Source: Escherichia phage vB_EcoP_Bp7. Taken from it: 52,615 nucleotides of DNA. The DNA is taken from sequence record NC_079181.1; one strand, given 5' to 3'. Below, one piece after another: positions 36,181 to 46,354 of the stretch. Both the position numbers and the translations under genes were made by a program. Numbering within the stretch: the stretch's first letter is position 1; the number at the start of each line of letters is the position of its first letter. The notes under the pieces are model-generated. The model did no database searches and was not told the DNA's origin. It saw nothing but the letters and a program-made list of their open reading frames with translations.

Positions 36181-36636
36181 GTGAAACAATATTCTTTCTA
36201 TAATACCGACCTCATTATCGACGGTGCTCGTGTAGATGGTTTTACTTCTGGTAACTCTATCATCACTGCTCGTCGTAACGCACCTCAACACCTGCCTGTT
36301 ATTGACGCGTATGGTAAGTTGGCTGTAGCTACTACGGCTGACTTGTCTGGTACTATTACTTTCCCGCTTCTGCAAACCGCAGACTGGAACGAAATCCTGT
36401 ACAGCCGTGCTCAGTTAACTCAGGCAACTGGTCTATCTGGCAACAAATCTCTGTGGCAACCGCTCCAGATTCAGATTGTTGACAAGATGGGTGATGTGCT
36501 GGTCAACGGTGTAAACGGCGCTATCTTGCAGCAACCTGCAATTCAGCGTGGTGTGTCCTTCACGTCTAACGTGTGGTCTATCTTTGTAGAACGCCTCCAG
36601 ATTAAGACTGGCTCTTATCCGGAGATTGGCGTTTAA
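36181..36636 (+). CDS. putative tail tube protein (151 aa)
   Basis: Size and position after the sheath-like gene. Confidence 0.5.
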   Translation: MKQYSFYNTDLIIDGARVDGFTSGNSIITARRNAPQHLPVIDAYGKLAVATTADLSGTITFPLLQTADWNEILYSRAQLTQATGLSGNKSLWQPLQIQIVDKMGDVLVNGVNGAILQQPAIQRGVSFTSNVWSIFVERLQIKTGSYPEIGV

Positions 36637-36647
36637 TTGGAGTAAGT

Positions 36648-37106
36648 ATGGCTTGTGAATTGCTTCAACGTGAATTCACAAACTCCAAAGGTGAAACAGT
36701 GTTAGTCGTTGTTCGACAATTGTCGGCTTCGGCTGCACTGTCTCTTCACGCGGAGTTGGTAAGCAAGCTAGGCTCACGAGTATTCCCATTCATCGAAGGC
36801 AAATATAACTTCGCTGATATTATATACTTGATGCAGCAAGTGGAGCATACCGTATTCACAGAATTGTTTAAGCGTGTTATCAGCATGCACTCGTCCATAG
36901 ATGGACAAGAAATCAAACCTGCATTATATGATATGCAGTTTAATGGCGAATTGATGTTGTCTTGCCATGTCTTTGCTTTCGTGCTCGAAGCAAACTTCCT
37001 TGATTTTTTCAAGCAAGGGCTCGAAATCAACGAACAGAGACGATTGGAGGCGGAGGAAGCATCCAAGCTGGCAGAGCAGAAGAATTCGAGTCCGGAGACA
37101 GTTTAG
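36648..37106 (+). CDS. putative tail assembly chaperone (152 aa)
   Basis: Position between tube and tape measure; acidic C-terminus. Confidence 0.4.
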   Translation: MACELLQREFTNSKGETVLVVVRQLSASAALSLHAELVSKLGSRVFPFIEGKYNFADIIYLMQQVEHTVFTELFKRVISMHSSIDGQEIKPALYDMQFNGELMLSCHVFAFVLEANFLDFFKQGLEINEQRRLEAEEASKLAEQKNSSPETV

Positions 37107-37265
37107 TATCCCTGTTCCCCGACATAAAATATTTTCTGCATCGTCCTATAATCGAAGACAGTTCTCTTTGCAAGTTACATGAATTGCAAGATGGAACCTA
37201 TTCGATTATGGACTTATTGCTATTCCACGACATTCTCGATTTGCGTAAGAAACTCGAACCAGTAG

Positions 37266-40200
37266 ATGAAGACAATGGCTAATCAAAAAGATTTAATGAA
37301 GTTGAGCGTTAATGAGTTAATTGCATTAGGCTCTCAAAGCGGTCTGACTTTCCACGCTGGTATGAAGAAGTCGCACATGGTTCAACAACTTAGTGCGAGC
37401 GCTGCTTCGGGATGGCTGGATACAAATGCAGAATTAATGGGTGGGTCGTTTGAAGACGACAGTTTAATTACTGAATCTCTGGGCGACTCTTCCATGATTT
37501 CAGACGCTGCCCACATTGCACAAGTGCTTTCAAGTGCAGGCTACACAGAAGCATTTCATGCAGCAATGAATGGCCCATCACACCATGTAGAAGCTGTTCA
37601 CGCATACATGGAAAGGCTTGGTGTCAACACAGACGATGTGTGGATGCACATGCCAAAGCCAAATCCGAACTTACCGCAAGGTAGTTTCAATATGCTTAAT
37701 GCCTATATGCGAGATACTTTGCAAGGGCATCAAGACATTATGCCGGAAATCCCAGGCCATTATGCTGGCGATATTATGGCAGAATACTCCACCAACCGTG
37801 GAAACATTGCTGACTCTTATAACTACATGGCCCACATGTATGTTGACCGAGAGCAATACAGCAATCATGAACAATACGCAAGAGACATTAGTCGAGTTGC
37901 CAAACGTCTGGAACGAGAGTTACCCTCAGCCTTTAAGGAAGTTGGGTATACATCTGCATCTAATGTAGGAAATAAATCGGCCCCACATATTTCTTACATG
38001 GACGCACTCCCTCAGATTGGCTCTCCTTCAATTGTTTCTGGCATTGCACATCCTCGTGCGCCCCTTAACGCATCTGGACTTCCTCTCGGTTCTTATGGTT
38101 CTGGCATAAATCCAGAATACTCCCTCACTGCATCACTAACTGGTGGCACAGGTTGGAGCGAACCAAGCAAGGCTTTGTATTCTTCTATTAGTGAAGCTGT
38201 TAAATCTGCTGCCAAAGTTTATTCTGGCTCCAAAGGGATGCTGAATACCCGTCACGAAGTATCTGACCGTGACATGATTATGGATAGTGCAACACGCTAC
38301 ACAGATTTGGAAGAAGCCAGGAGCGGGTACGAAAACCTTCGTTCTGAACTTGCAGATGAGCCAGCTTATTCTGCATCAAGTGTTCGAGCTATTCTCGAAA
38401 ACACTTATGATAAAATGGATGCCGAACCTGTTCGCATTCCAAAGATGAAGGGAGCTTCACAGCGAGTCGATAAAGATTCACTGTCAACATCTACAGATTT
38501 TACAGCACAACTTGGGGAGGCCACCAATTGGAACTCTGCAAGAATGCGTCGTGAGGAACTTGCGATTGCAAATATGGATAGTGCTGGATTCCGTGATGTA
38601 TCAGACTATGGTACAGGACGTTCCGAGTCCCCCGTCCGATTCCATGACTTAGAACAGGGCAGCCAAGAGTGGCTGGACTTCCGTAAAAATTATGACATAA
38701 CTGGTTCAACTGTTGGAACCTTCTTAGGAAACAACCCATATACCCGACCTTGGGCTGGGATGATTGATAAGATTGGCTTATCTCGTAGTAAAGAGCACAG
38801 CGATTTCACCAAGAAGATGTTCGCTGATGGTCACAGGACGGAAGAAGAAGCACGCGCTCGTGTTGGTAAGGAATTTGGATTCGATATCAAACAAACTGGC
38901 GCTATAACAAATGACAACTATCCCGCCTTCATGTATTCTCCTGATGGTCTTATTGGGGATGATGCCATTTGGGAGCACAAGAATCCGCAAAGGGCTGGTA
39001 AGTTTGCTGACCTTCTTAAAGGCGACCATCCAGATTACATGGACCAAATTCAATTTGGCTTGCACGTTTCTGGTCGTTCTCGTGCTCTGTTCTCACAAAC
39101 CATCAACGACGAAACACGTTCACAATGGATTGAGAAGGACGAAGGATGGTACGAAAGAAACCGAAATCGCCTTGATTCTGTGCTTGGCCGTCTTGATGCT
39201 GGGCGAGAGTTTGTTAGAAACAATGCTGGGCTAGGGCGAGAAGAGCTGATTGCTGGTGCAAGAAGTGCAATGACTGGTGATGGAATCTGGAAGGATATTC
39301 GTCAAAAGTCCACTCGTGGCTATTCTGCTGCTGCTGGTACTCCAGAAGACCCGTTTATTGGCTCACGCTCTTCGTACAACCCAGAAGCATCCTACTCTGA
39401 CTACAAGCCAAACTTTGTAATGCACGAGCAAAACTTTCCAGCAACCACAGGAAACGGTGATACTGGAAATGACTCGATGGCATTGTCTGTTAAGAAAGGT
39501 ATTCTTGCTGCCCAGGAAGAAAACAGGCAGAAGGGTATTAGTGCAGATGCAGACTTTGATGGCAAAGCCGACTCAATGGGCTGGAACCGTGAAAGATTTG
39601 ATGCTGCCAATGGCGGTGGATATTCTGGCGGTGGCGGTGGTCGTGGCGGCAACTTCACAAGTGGTGGCAACTACTATGATGACTACGGTCGCATGGGTGG
39701 TTCGTTAGCTGCTGGCATTGCTGGTGGCAGTATTGGTTCAGCAACCAACGGAGTTATGCAAGCATTGATGGCGACTCCTGCTGGGCGTATGGCTGCTGTA
39801 GGCATTGGTGCTATTCAGATTGGCAATGAAGCTGCTGAATACATGAATGACTTTATCGGCAACTCGCTTGATGCTGGTGTGATAAATCCTAATGAATATT
39901 CTTCCATGTCGCAAGGCTTGGAGATGTTAGGACTCAACTCACAACAAGCGGCACGTCTGAATCAAACCACACATAGTGCCTACAACACCATGCTTAACGG
40001 CGACCCCAGCGCCGCTGTGAACATCGTTCGCGGAAGTAGGGGATTGCTCACCATAGGTGATATTCGTGCGACAGGCGGCGACCCTGTGGCCCTAGCTCGC
40101 ATCATGCAGGAAAGGGGCAAGGAGCGTGGCTGGAGTCAGGCCCGTATCGCAGGTGCTGCCGAAATGGCTGGCCTGAATGGGATGGCCCGTGCCTACGACC

Positions 40201-40991
40201 GCACGGAATACAGCCATGAGCAAGCTGGTTCGGTGGTAGAAGCGGGTAGAAACTCTGACTTTGCCGAAGGCATGGCTCAGTCAGAAATGTTGCAGGGAAG
40301 CCGCGTACGGATGCTGCCGAGCTACAACGTGCCACAAAGTGTCTTATCTAACGGTGCTTCTGTATTCGAAGCTGGTAGCGATGCACTTGACGGTGTACGA
40401 ACTGGATTCAACAAAACACGAGAATTTGCTGGAAGTGTTTACGACTTTATCGCTCAAGAAGAATCTGGCGGTAGTGAATATAACAGGGATGGTTCTCGTG
40501 TAACAAGTCGTACTGGTGCTCGTGGAATAATGCAAATTCTTCCTTCAACTGCCCGTGACCCAGGATTTGGAATCAAGCCGTCTGATGGAACTCCAGAAGA
40601 TGATGCACGAGTTGGTCGTGAATACTATGACGCAATGTACAAGCGTTATGGCGACCACGAAAAGGCAATGGCTGCTTACACCGATGGTCCTGGCACTGTT
40701 GACAAAGCTATTGACAAGAATGGGCTGGATTGGCTAACTGCTGTTCCTGCACAAGCACAGAATCGCGTTAAAGCATTCCGTGAATGGTCCAAGTCTTCTC
40801 AGTCTTTGGAAGAAGGTGCTACAGGGTTTACCCGTAATGGAATGTCATACGGACAAACCCAAACTGTTGTTAATGTTAAGATTGATGCTAAGGTCAACAA
40901 CCAGACTGCTTCTGCTACAGTTGCAATTCCTGGTGGCCAGACTGTGACTCAACAAATGAACATGAACAACGGTGCGCAACAAAGAAGGTAA
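37266..40991 (+). CDS. tape-measure-like protein with embedded YqaJ-like PD-(D/E)XK nuclease domain and C-terminal lytic transglycosylase domain (1241 aa)
   Basis: Rho_N/SAP-like N-terminus; YqaJ-like EQGSQEWLDFRKNYDITGS with SPDG...IWEHK (D-x10-ExK) around 38630-39090; Gly-rich hydrophobic segment; SLT-like QEESGG...TGARGIMQILPSTA around 40450-40750. Confidence 0.7.
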   Translation: MKTMANQKDLMKLSVNELIALGSQSGLTFHAGMKKSHMVQQLSASAASGWLDTNAELMGGSFEDDSLITESLGDSSMISDAAHIAQVLSSAGYTEAFHAAMNGPSHHVEAVHAYMERLGVNTDDVWMHMPKPNPNLPQGSFNMLNAYMRDTLQGHQDIMPEIPGHYAGDIMAEYSTNRGNIADSYNYMAHMYVDREQYSNHEQYARDISRVAKRLERELPSAFKEVGYTSASNVGNKSAPHISYMDALPQIGSPSIVSGIAHPRAPLNASGLPLGSYGSGINPEYSLTASLTGGTGWSEPSKALYSSISEAVKSAAKVYSGSKGMLNTRHEVSDRDMIMDSATRYTDLEEARSGYENLRSELADEPAYSASSVRAILENTYDKMDAEPVRIPKMKGASQRVDKDSLSTSTDFTAQLGEATNWNSARMRREELAIANMDSAGFRDVSDYGTGRSESPVRFHDLEQGSQEWLDFRKNYDITGSTVGTFLGNNPYTRPWAGMIDKIGLSRSKEHSDFTKKMFADGHRTEEEARARVGKEFGFDIKQTGAITNDNYPAFMYSPDGLIGDDAIWEHKNPQRAGKFADLLKGDHPDYMDQIQFGLHVSGRSRALFSQTINDETRSQWIEKDEGWYERNRNRLDSVLGRLDAGREFVRNNAGLGREELIAGARSAMTGDGIWKDIRQKSTRGYSAAAGTPEDPFIGSRSSYNPEASYSDYKPNFVMHEQNFPATTGNGDTGNDSMALSVKKGILAAQEENRQKGISADADFDGKADSMGWNRERFDAANGGGYSGGGGGRGGNFTSGGNYYDDYGRMGGSLAAGIAGGSIGSATNGVMQALMATPAGRMAAVGIGAIQIGNEAAEYMNDFIGNSLDAGVINPNEYSSMSQGLEMLGLNSQQAARLNQTTHSAYNTMLNGDPSAAVNIVRGSRGLLTIGDIRATGGDPVALARIMQERGKERGWSQARIAGAAEMAGLNGMARAYDRTEYSHEQAGSVVEAGRNSDFAEGMAQSEMLQGSRVRMLPSYNVPQSVLSNGASVFEAGSDALDGVRTGFNKTREFAGSVYDFIAQEESGGSEYNRDGSRVTSRTGARGIMQILPSTARDPGFGIKPSDGTPEDDARVGREYYDAMYKRYGDHEKAMAAYTDGPGTVDKAIDKNGLDWLTAVPAQAQNRVKAFREWSKSSQSLEEGATGFTRNGMSYGQTQTVVNVKIDAKVNNQTASATVAIPGGQTVTQQMNMNNGAQQRR

Positions 40992-40997
40992 GGAGTT

Positions 40998-41022
40998 GGG
41001 GAGAAATCCCCAGCTTTCCTTT
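40998..41022 (+). terminator. terminator-like hairpin after the tape-measure gene
   Basis: GGGGA-GAAA-TCCCC followed by AGCTTTCCTTTT. Confidence 0.55.
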
Positions 41023-41023
41023 T

Positions 41024-41042
41024 ACATTAGTTGAATATGTAT
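41024..41042 (+). promoter_or_regulatory. phage promoter-like motif P7 (acattagttgaatatgtat)
   Basis: Conserved motif 23 bp upstream of the 41065 gene. Confidence 0.5.
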
Positions 41043-41064
41043 TAATTTCAATAGGTATATCGCA

Positions 41065-42174
41065 ATGCCGTGGCTACGCAGAGTTGAAGTAATAGTTTCA
41101 CGTAAAGAAGACCCAAGCATTCGAACAGTATTTAAATCACATCGTATTGATTTTGAAGTCCGTTCTACTGTTGGGTGGCCCGCCGATACAGCAAACATAA
41201 CTCTGTTTAACTTGTCGTTAGAAGAAGTTAAGTTCCTCCAGGACAAGTCCTACGGAGATATGTATATTGAAATTCGTGCAGGGTATGCAGAAGATGAACG
41301 TTCAGACTCTAGTGGCGGGACTTCTAGTGGCGGTGTTAAGAAGTTTGGCCAGAAGGCTGAACAGAGTGACCGCGTAACAGTGTCTACATCACTACCAACC
41401 ATCTTCTCCGGAATTATTACAAACGCAGTTGGCTATAGAAAGCCTCCTGAACATGTAACACAGTTGTTTTGTATTTCCAAGGCATATGGTGCATCCACTG
41501 ATTTCAAACAGTTGACCGCAATCAAGCCTGGAACCAAACTCATTGATGCAATGCGCTCAATGTGTTCCGACTATGGGTTCAATACCATCTCTACATTTGG
41601 TGTTGAAGATTCGGTCCTTGAAACAGTGATGCCTCGTGGGCGTGTGTTCCATGACACGTTCTTAAACGAATTTCGTAACATGCTTGGCGAATACAATTTG
41701 TTATACACTGTTACAACTGGTGAAGTGCAAATCTTCCCAGATACCTTTGGTGATAAAGATGCTGTAAACAGAATGTCTAAAGACAGAGAGCCAGTCCAGC
41801 TAGATGAAGACTCTGTTATTGGCAACCCTGTTGCTGGAATCTGCACCTACACTTTAAATACATTCCTAAACCCATCTTTCCAACCAGGTATGATTCTTGA
41901 TGTATCTCCTTTGCTCGGTAAGAAGTTGCTTGCTAACGGTGTAACTTCTGTCAATGGTGAAGGTATTGTTCTTAACACTGACCAGTCTGTATTCCGGTGG
42001 GCTGTTGAGGACAAATACTTTATCATGGAAGTTGTGCATAAAGGTTCGACTCACACAACCACTTATCAAACATCAATCACTGCAATCTTGGGTGGTAATA
42101 CGATGATGGGTGGTAAGGAAGCTGCGTGGCAGGAAATGTATGCTAACAGTGGAATGGCAATGGAGTCATTTTAA
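41065..42174 (+). CDS. baseplate hub / tail protein candidate (369 aa)
   Basis: Position directly after the tape measure. Confidence 0.45.
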   Translation: MPWLRRVEVIVSRKEDPSIRTVFKSHRIDFEVRSTVGWPADTANITLFNLSLEEVKFLQDKSYGDMYIEIRAGYAEDERSDSSGGTSSGGVKKFGQKAEQSDRVTVSTSLPTIFSGIITNAVGYRKPPEHVTQLFCISKAYGASTDFKQLTAIKPGTKLIDAMRSMCSDYGFNTISTFGVEDSVLETVMPRGRVFHDTFLNEFRNMLGEYNLLYTVTTGEVQIFPDTFGDKDAVNRMSKDREPVQLDEDSVIGNPVAGICTYTLNTFLNPSFQPGMILDVSPLLGKKLLANGVTSVNGEGIVLNTDQSVFRWAVEDKYFIMEVVHKGSTHTTTYQTSITAILGGNTMMGGKEAAWQEMYANSGMAMESF

Positions 42175-43061
42175 TGTCTATCTTTGATACCGACCTCATT
42201 GGTGGTGTGTCCTCTGGCTTGAAGAATTTCAGTTATGGGCATCATCCATCTATTGTTATGTGGTCCAATGGACCTGCATCTCAGAAGGAAGAAGAGTCAG
42301 GACTGTTTGGTGGGTTTGCGAAATCTCTTGAGAGCTTGCCTATTGTTGGTGAATCTGCCGTAGAAAGTTTTAACTCTTTTAAATTCGATGCTATGGTTAG
42401 TGAAGAGCACGCATCGGAAACAACTGTAACCAAGTTCCCTGTCAGTTCTGGGTTCCTGGTTAGCGACCATGTTATTAATCAGAACAGGGTACTTAAGTTA
42501 ACCGCTGTTGCTGTCAACATGCAGAACTCCTCCATGTGGACTGCATCTGTACAAGGTTTGTCCGTTGCTTCTGGTGCAATCTTCAATAGCCCGATTATCC
42601 CAATTCTTGGTGGCATTGCTGGTGGCGTTGCTTCTGCATTTGAAACAAGCAACCGAATCCAGTCTACCTACGATTTGTTTAACAGCTTCCGTGTTACGGG
42701 GCAGAAGTTATACATCTCCACCATTCTGGGGCCTTATTTGAATTGCGTAGTAACCTCAATCAAAACCAAACATGATAAAATGTCTTCTGCAATGTTGGCA
42801 GTTGAAATTATGTTTGAGGAATTGCAGACAGTTGATGAAGATGCTCTTGCCAGCGAAGCTCGTAAAGCAATGGAATCAATGTCCGACTACTCTGAATTTG
42901 CAAAGGTTGCTCAAAGTTTGGGGATGGGTGTTCTTGGAGGTGTTCCGCTTCCTGGACTTGGTGCTCTTGGCACTCTTCCGACCAAACAGTTATCTAACTT
43001 GAAAGGTAAGTTAAGTAAACTGGCTTCTCCACTTTCTTCCATCAAGGGGCGTATCCTATGA
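42174..43061 (+). CDS. tail/baseplate protein (295 aa)
   Basis: Position; ATGA overlap. Confidence 0.45.
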   Translation: MSIFDTDLIGGVSSGLKNFSYGHHPSIVMWSNGPASQKEEESGLFGGFAKSLESLPIVGESAVESFNSFKFDAMVSEEHASETTVTKFPVSSGFLVSDHVINQNRVLKLTAVAVNMQNSSMWTASVQGLSVASGAIFNSPIIPILGGIAGGVASAFETSNRIQSTYDLFNSFRVTGQKLYISTILGPYLNCVVTSIKTKHDKMSSAMLAVEIMFEELQTVDEDALASEARKAMESMSDYSEFAKVAQSLGMGVLGGVPLPGLGALGTLPTKQLSNLKGKLSKLASPLSSIKGRIL

Positions 43062-43420
43062 TTGAGCAGGAACATCAAGCTCTAAAGCAAATTGCCGAAC
43101 TTCTGCCAACCGGATATGTGAAGAGTGTGCCTTACAGCATAAGGAAGGATGTATCGTTTGAGTTTAATGGTGTGACGGTTAAAATGTCCGCACTGTACTT
43201 AAACGAACCTTTAAACTGTTACATGTTTGACTTGGCGTGGGGAGCTACGAATAAAATATTCGGAATCCCTATTCGATGCGGTATTGATATTCTTAAGCAA
43301 TACAAGACTCCGCTCCCAAACATGTATGCAGCTAACACAGTATTCCCTGGTGAAGAAATAACAAGCTACCGACAACTCTACCTGTTCATTATTGACGAGA
43401 GTGTACTCGAACGTGGCTAG
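43058..43420 (+). CDS. baseplate protein (120 aa)
   Basis: Position; overlap with neighbours. Confidence 0.4.
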   Translation: MIEQEHQALKQIAELLPTGYVKSVPYSIRKDVSFEFNGVTVKMSALYLNEPLNCYMFDLAWGATNKIFGIPIRCGIDILKQYKTPLPNMYAANTVFPGEEITSYRQLYLFIIDESVLERG

Positions 43421-44207
43421 TCATAACAATAACCAAAATGCCCCTGACATTAACACAAGTTATCCAGGGCATATTTACAACTTCGATGCAGCAACCCAAA
43501 CTTGTGAGGTCCAGCTTGCAATCGAAAACCTGTTTGTGGGTTATGCCGAAGCCTACACCTTGCAGCCAAAACAAAGGTTGCAGGGTGTCCCTGTTCAGTT
43601 TATTCAGGGAGGCGGTTGGAGTTTAACTCATCCGGTTCCAGACGGAACTCCATGCTACGTCCATTTCTCCCAGCGAGGAATAGACCATTGGTTGTCGGAG
43701 AACAAGAGTAGTGCTGGCTTAGTAAACGGGCGACCTGCCCCAGAGTTCAGCCAACTGTTCTCCCATAATGCTGCCGTATGTACTATCGGGACTCAACCTT
43801 TGACCAAAGTTATTCCAGGATTTAATGGTGGAGTAACAGAACTGCGCAACGCAGACAGGAGCCAAAGACTAACACTGCATGGTGATGGTTTAATTGAAAT
43901 CATTACTGGTGCTGCGAAGATTCAAATCACAAAAGATTCGGAGATTCTGGTTGAAGTTACGTCGCAAGCTACAGTTAAAGCGCCGCAGATTACATTGGAT
44001 GGCGATACGACCGTTACAAAATCTTTAACAGTGTTAGGTGGCATGGCTGTATCTGGGACCAAAGATGGCTCTACTGCAACGTTCACTGGTGACTTCAAGA
44101 TGGACGGCAACATGGTTCAAACTGGCTCCCTCACTCTTAATGGTATTAAGGTTGATGGTCATACTCACACTAACCCAGAAGGCGGCGATGTTGGGCCGAT
44201 GAAATAA
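43392..44207 (+). CDS. baseplate spike (gpV-like) candidate (271 aa)
   Basis: Position before a gp25/W-like gene; beta-rich C-terminal repeats. Confidence 0.45.
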   Translation: MTRVYSNVASHNNNQNAPDINTSYPGHIYNFDAATQTCEVQLAIENLFVGYAEAYTLQPKQRLQGVPVQFIQGGGWSLTHPVPDGTPCYVHFSQRGIDHWLSENKSSAGLVNGRPAPEFSQLFSHNAAVCTIGTQPLTKVIPGFNGGVTELRNADRSQRLTLHGDGLIEIITGAAKIQITKDSEILVEVTSQATVKAPQITLDGDTTVTKSLTVLGGMAVSGTKDGSTATFTGDFKMDGNMVQTGSLTLNGIKVDGHTHTNPEGGDVGPMK

Positions 44208-44578
44208 TGGCTGGAAATTTAGCTCTTGATTCAAACCACGACATTATTATCGGTCGTGGAACAACTCGTATTTCAGGTGCTGCTCAAGTCGCTCAATTGG
44301 TTAAGTGCAGATTGCTGACAATCTTCGGAGAATGGAAGCTCGACAATTCGTTGGGCTTACCGTGGTTCGAGGCAATCTTCACAAAGCAAGTGCGTCCCTC
44401 GGATATTGAGGCGGCAATAGCCAACATTATTCGTGGAACTGCTGGTGTTCAGCAACTTATATCCATAGATATTGATGCAGACTACCGAGCAAGAAGCCTT
44501 GGAATCTCCTTTACTGCATTGTCTGATTATGGCAACATCACGGAATTCTTAACATGGCAACAATCAAATACGGCGTAA
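44207..44578 (+). CDS. baseplate wedge protein, gpW/gp25-like (123 aa)
   Basis: Size and a ...Q.V...L.TIFGEW...G pattern recalled from gpW/gp25 proteins; precedes a J-like gene. Confidence 0.5.
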   Translation: MAGNLALDSNHDIIIGRGTTRISGAAQVAQLVKCRLLTIFGEWKLDNSLGLPWFEAIFTKQVRPSDIEAAIANIIRGTAGVQQLISIDIDADYRARSLGISFTALSDYGNITEFLTWQQSNTA

Positions 44579-45711
44579 CAGAGAACGGTTTTGTTCGCAA
44601 GCCTGTGGCCGACGTTGTATCAAATCTTAATAACAAATTCATTGCTGCATTTGGTTCCAACTTTGATATAAGTCCGGAATCTCCTGACGGGCAATATATT
44701 GGAATTATGGCCGATGAAATCGCCTCGTGCTGGGAACAGGCTGAACAAGTATTTAACGCATTCCGTCCAGGTGCTGTATCAGGAATTGGACTAGACAACG
44801 TTTGCGAACTAACAAATACTGTTCGATATGTTGACAAGCCTTCTCAAGCAACTGTCTTGTGCGATGGTGATATGGGAACTACTGTTCCTGCTGGTTCTAT
44901 CGTAACGGATGGCACCATGCGCTTTATTCTCGACACAGATGTAACACTTCCAGGTGACGTAACTGTTATTGCAGAAGAGCCTGGTGAGTATTATGTTGCA
45001 CCGAGAACAATCAACCAAATCGTAACTCCTGTTGCCGGATGGAATTCCGTAATTAACGAAACAGTTGGCGAGACTGGCATTAACTATGAATCAGACCCAC
45101 AACTCCGAGCACGTCGAGAAAAGACTACGGCAGTCAGCAGCACAGCCACAGTCGAAGCCATCTATGCTTCACTCGCTGACCTCGATATTGATTACATTCG
45201 TGTTCGTGATAATGATACCGGCTCTCCTATTGGCAATCAGCCTTCGGGCACTATATTTGTTGTAGTTGATGGCGGTACGAGCAATGATATTGCACGTCGA
45301 ATCTACAATGCCAAAACTGGCGGAGTTCCGACATATGGCGATATCACAATTACTGTAGCAGACTCGAAAGGCTACCCACACGATATTCATTTCAGCCGAC
45401 CAACTTACACTGACATTTATGTCAAAGGTACGTTCCGTCGTCGTGCAAATGCCAACATAAGTTCGAACGATGCTATTCGTCAGCTTACAGATGCAACCAT
45501 TGAATATCTCAACTCCCTGCAACCAGGGCAGAGTGTGGTATGGTCCAACATGTTCGCTCCCATTATGGCTGCAACACAGTATCTTGAAATTGATTCGCTG
45601 TTTATTGGTATTGCACCAAACCCAACTGGCATAGCAACGATAGAGTTGGATATCGACAAACGTGCTCGCGGGGTTGCTGCTAACATAACTTACACTGATG
45701 TGACGGTATAA
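44554..45711 (+). CDS. baseplate J-like protein (385 aa)
   Basis: Size and position in a W-J-I type arrangement. Confidence 0.5.
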   Translation: MATIKYGVTENGFVRKPVADVVSNLNNKFIAAFGSNFDISPESPDGQYIGIMADEIASCWEQAEQVFNAFRPGAVSGIGLDNVCELTNTVRYVDKPSQATVLCDGDMGTTVPAGSIVTDGTMRFILDTDVTLPGDVTVIAEEPGEYYVAPRTINQIVTPVAGWNSVINETVGETGINYESDPQLRARREKTTAVSSTATVEAIYASLADLDIDYIRVRDNDTGSPIGNQPSGTIFVVVDGGTSNDIARRIYNAKTGGVPTYGDITITVADSKGYPHDIHFSRPTYTDIYVKGTFRRRANANISSNDAIRQLTDATIEYLNSLQPGQSVVWSNMFAPIMAATQYLEIDSLFIGIAPNPTGIATIELDIDKRARGVAANITYTDVTV

Positions 45712-45712
45712 T

Positions 45713-46354
45713 ATGGCTGGTAAACATGGCTTAGATATGCTGCTTTCACAGTATGCACTATCGCCAAACCTTCGTAAGTATATTTCAATCTTCTTAGAAG
45801 AGTTTGCAGAAGTTAAACAGGCCATGACTGACTCAGTTAAGTACAGATACTTAGCAGATTCGTTCGGAGTCATGGTTGACGACCTTGCGTATATTGTGGG
45901 AGCTTCTCGTGTAATACAAGGTGCTGCGGCACTTGGGTACTTTGGCTTCTACGCCAACCCAGGTGCATTTCCTGCTGGTGATGACAACGACCCAGGTATT
46001 GGTGGTATTCTGAAATCAGATTACGACAAAGACTCTGGGGACTTTGTTCGAACAGACGGGCAGTTAAAGGATGCAATACGTGCCCGAATCACCAAGATAA
46101 CTGGCAACTGCACCATTGAACAGCTTATCATGTATATTGAATTGGTCGTAGGAAGGAAGCTGAAACTCCAAATCGTAGAAGGGTTTCAGACAATGGACTA
46201 CATTATTCATGAGGAGTTGTCTGTGGCCGAGAAAGTTCTCATGGCCTATATGCTCCCGAACTTTAAGCCTGTTGGAGTTAAGATTACCCTAAGAGATGCT
46301 AAAGGTAACATTGCTCTGGTTTATGGTTCCAAAGATTATCCTCCGGAGAAATAA
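45713..46354 (+). CDS. baseplate/tail protein, gpI-like (213 aa)
   Basis: Position after the J-like gene. Confidence 0.45.
   Translation: MAGKHGLDMLLSQYALSPNLRKYISIFLEEFAEVKQAMTDSVKYRYLADSFGVMVDDLAYIVGASRVIQGAAALGYFGFYANPGAFPAGDDNDPGIGGILKSDYDKDSGDFVRTDGQLKDAIRARITKITGNCTIEQLIMYIELVVGRKLKLQIVEGFQTMDYIIHEELSVAEKVLMAYMLPNFKPVGVKITLRDAKGNIALVYGSKDYPPEK

Noticed and set aside
36967-37182. Overlapping ORF as a tail-chaperone frameshift product (lambda G/GT-type)
   Set aside because: It is in the +1 frame, not -1, relative to the chaperone-like gene, is Arg-rich low-complexity, and no slippery heptamer was found at the chaperone 3' end.
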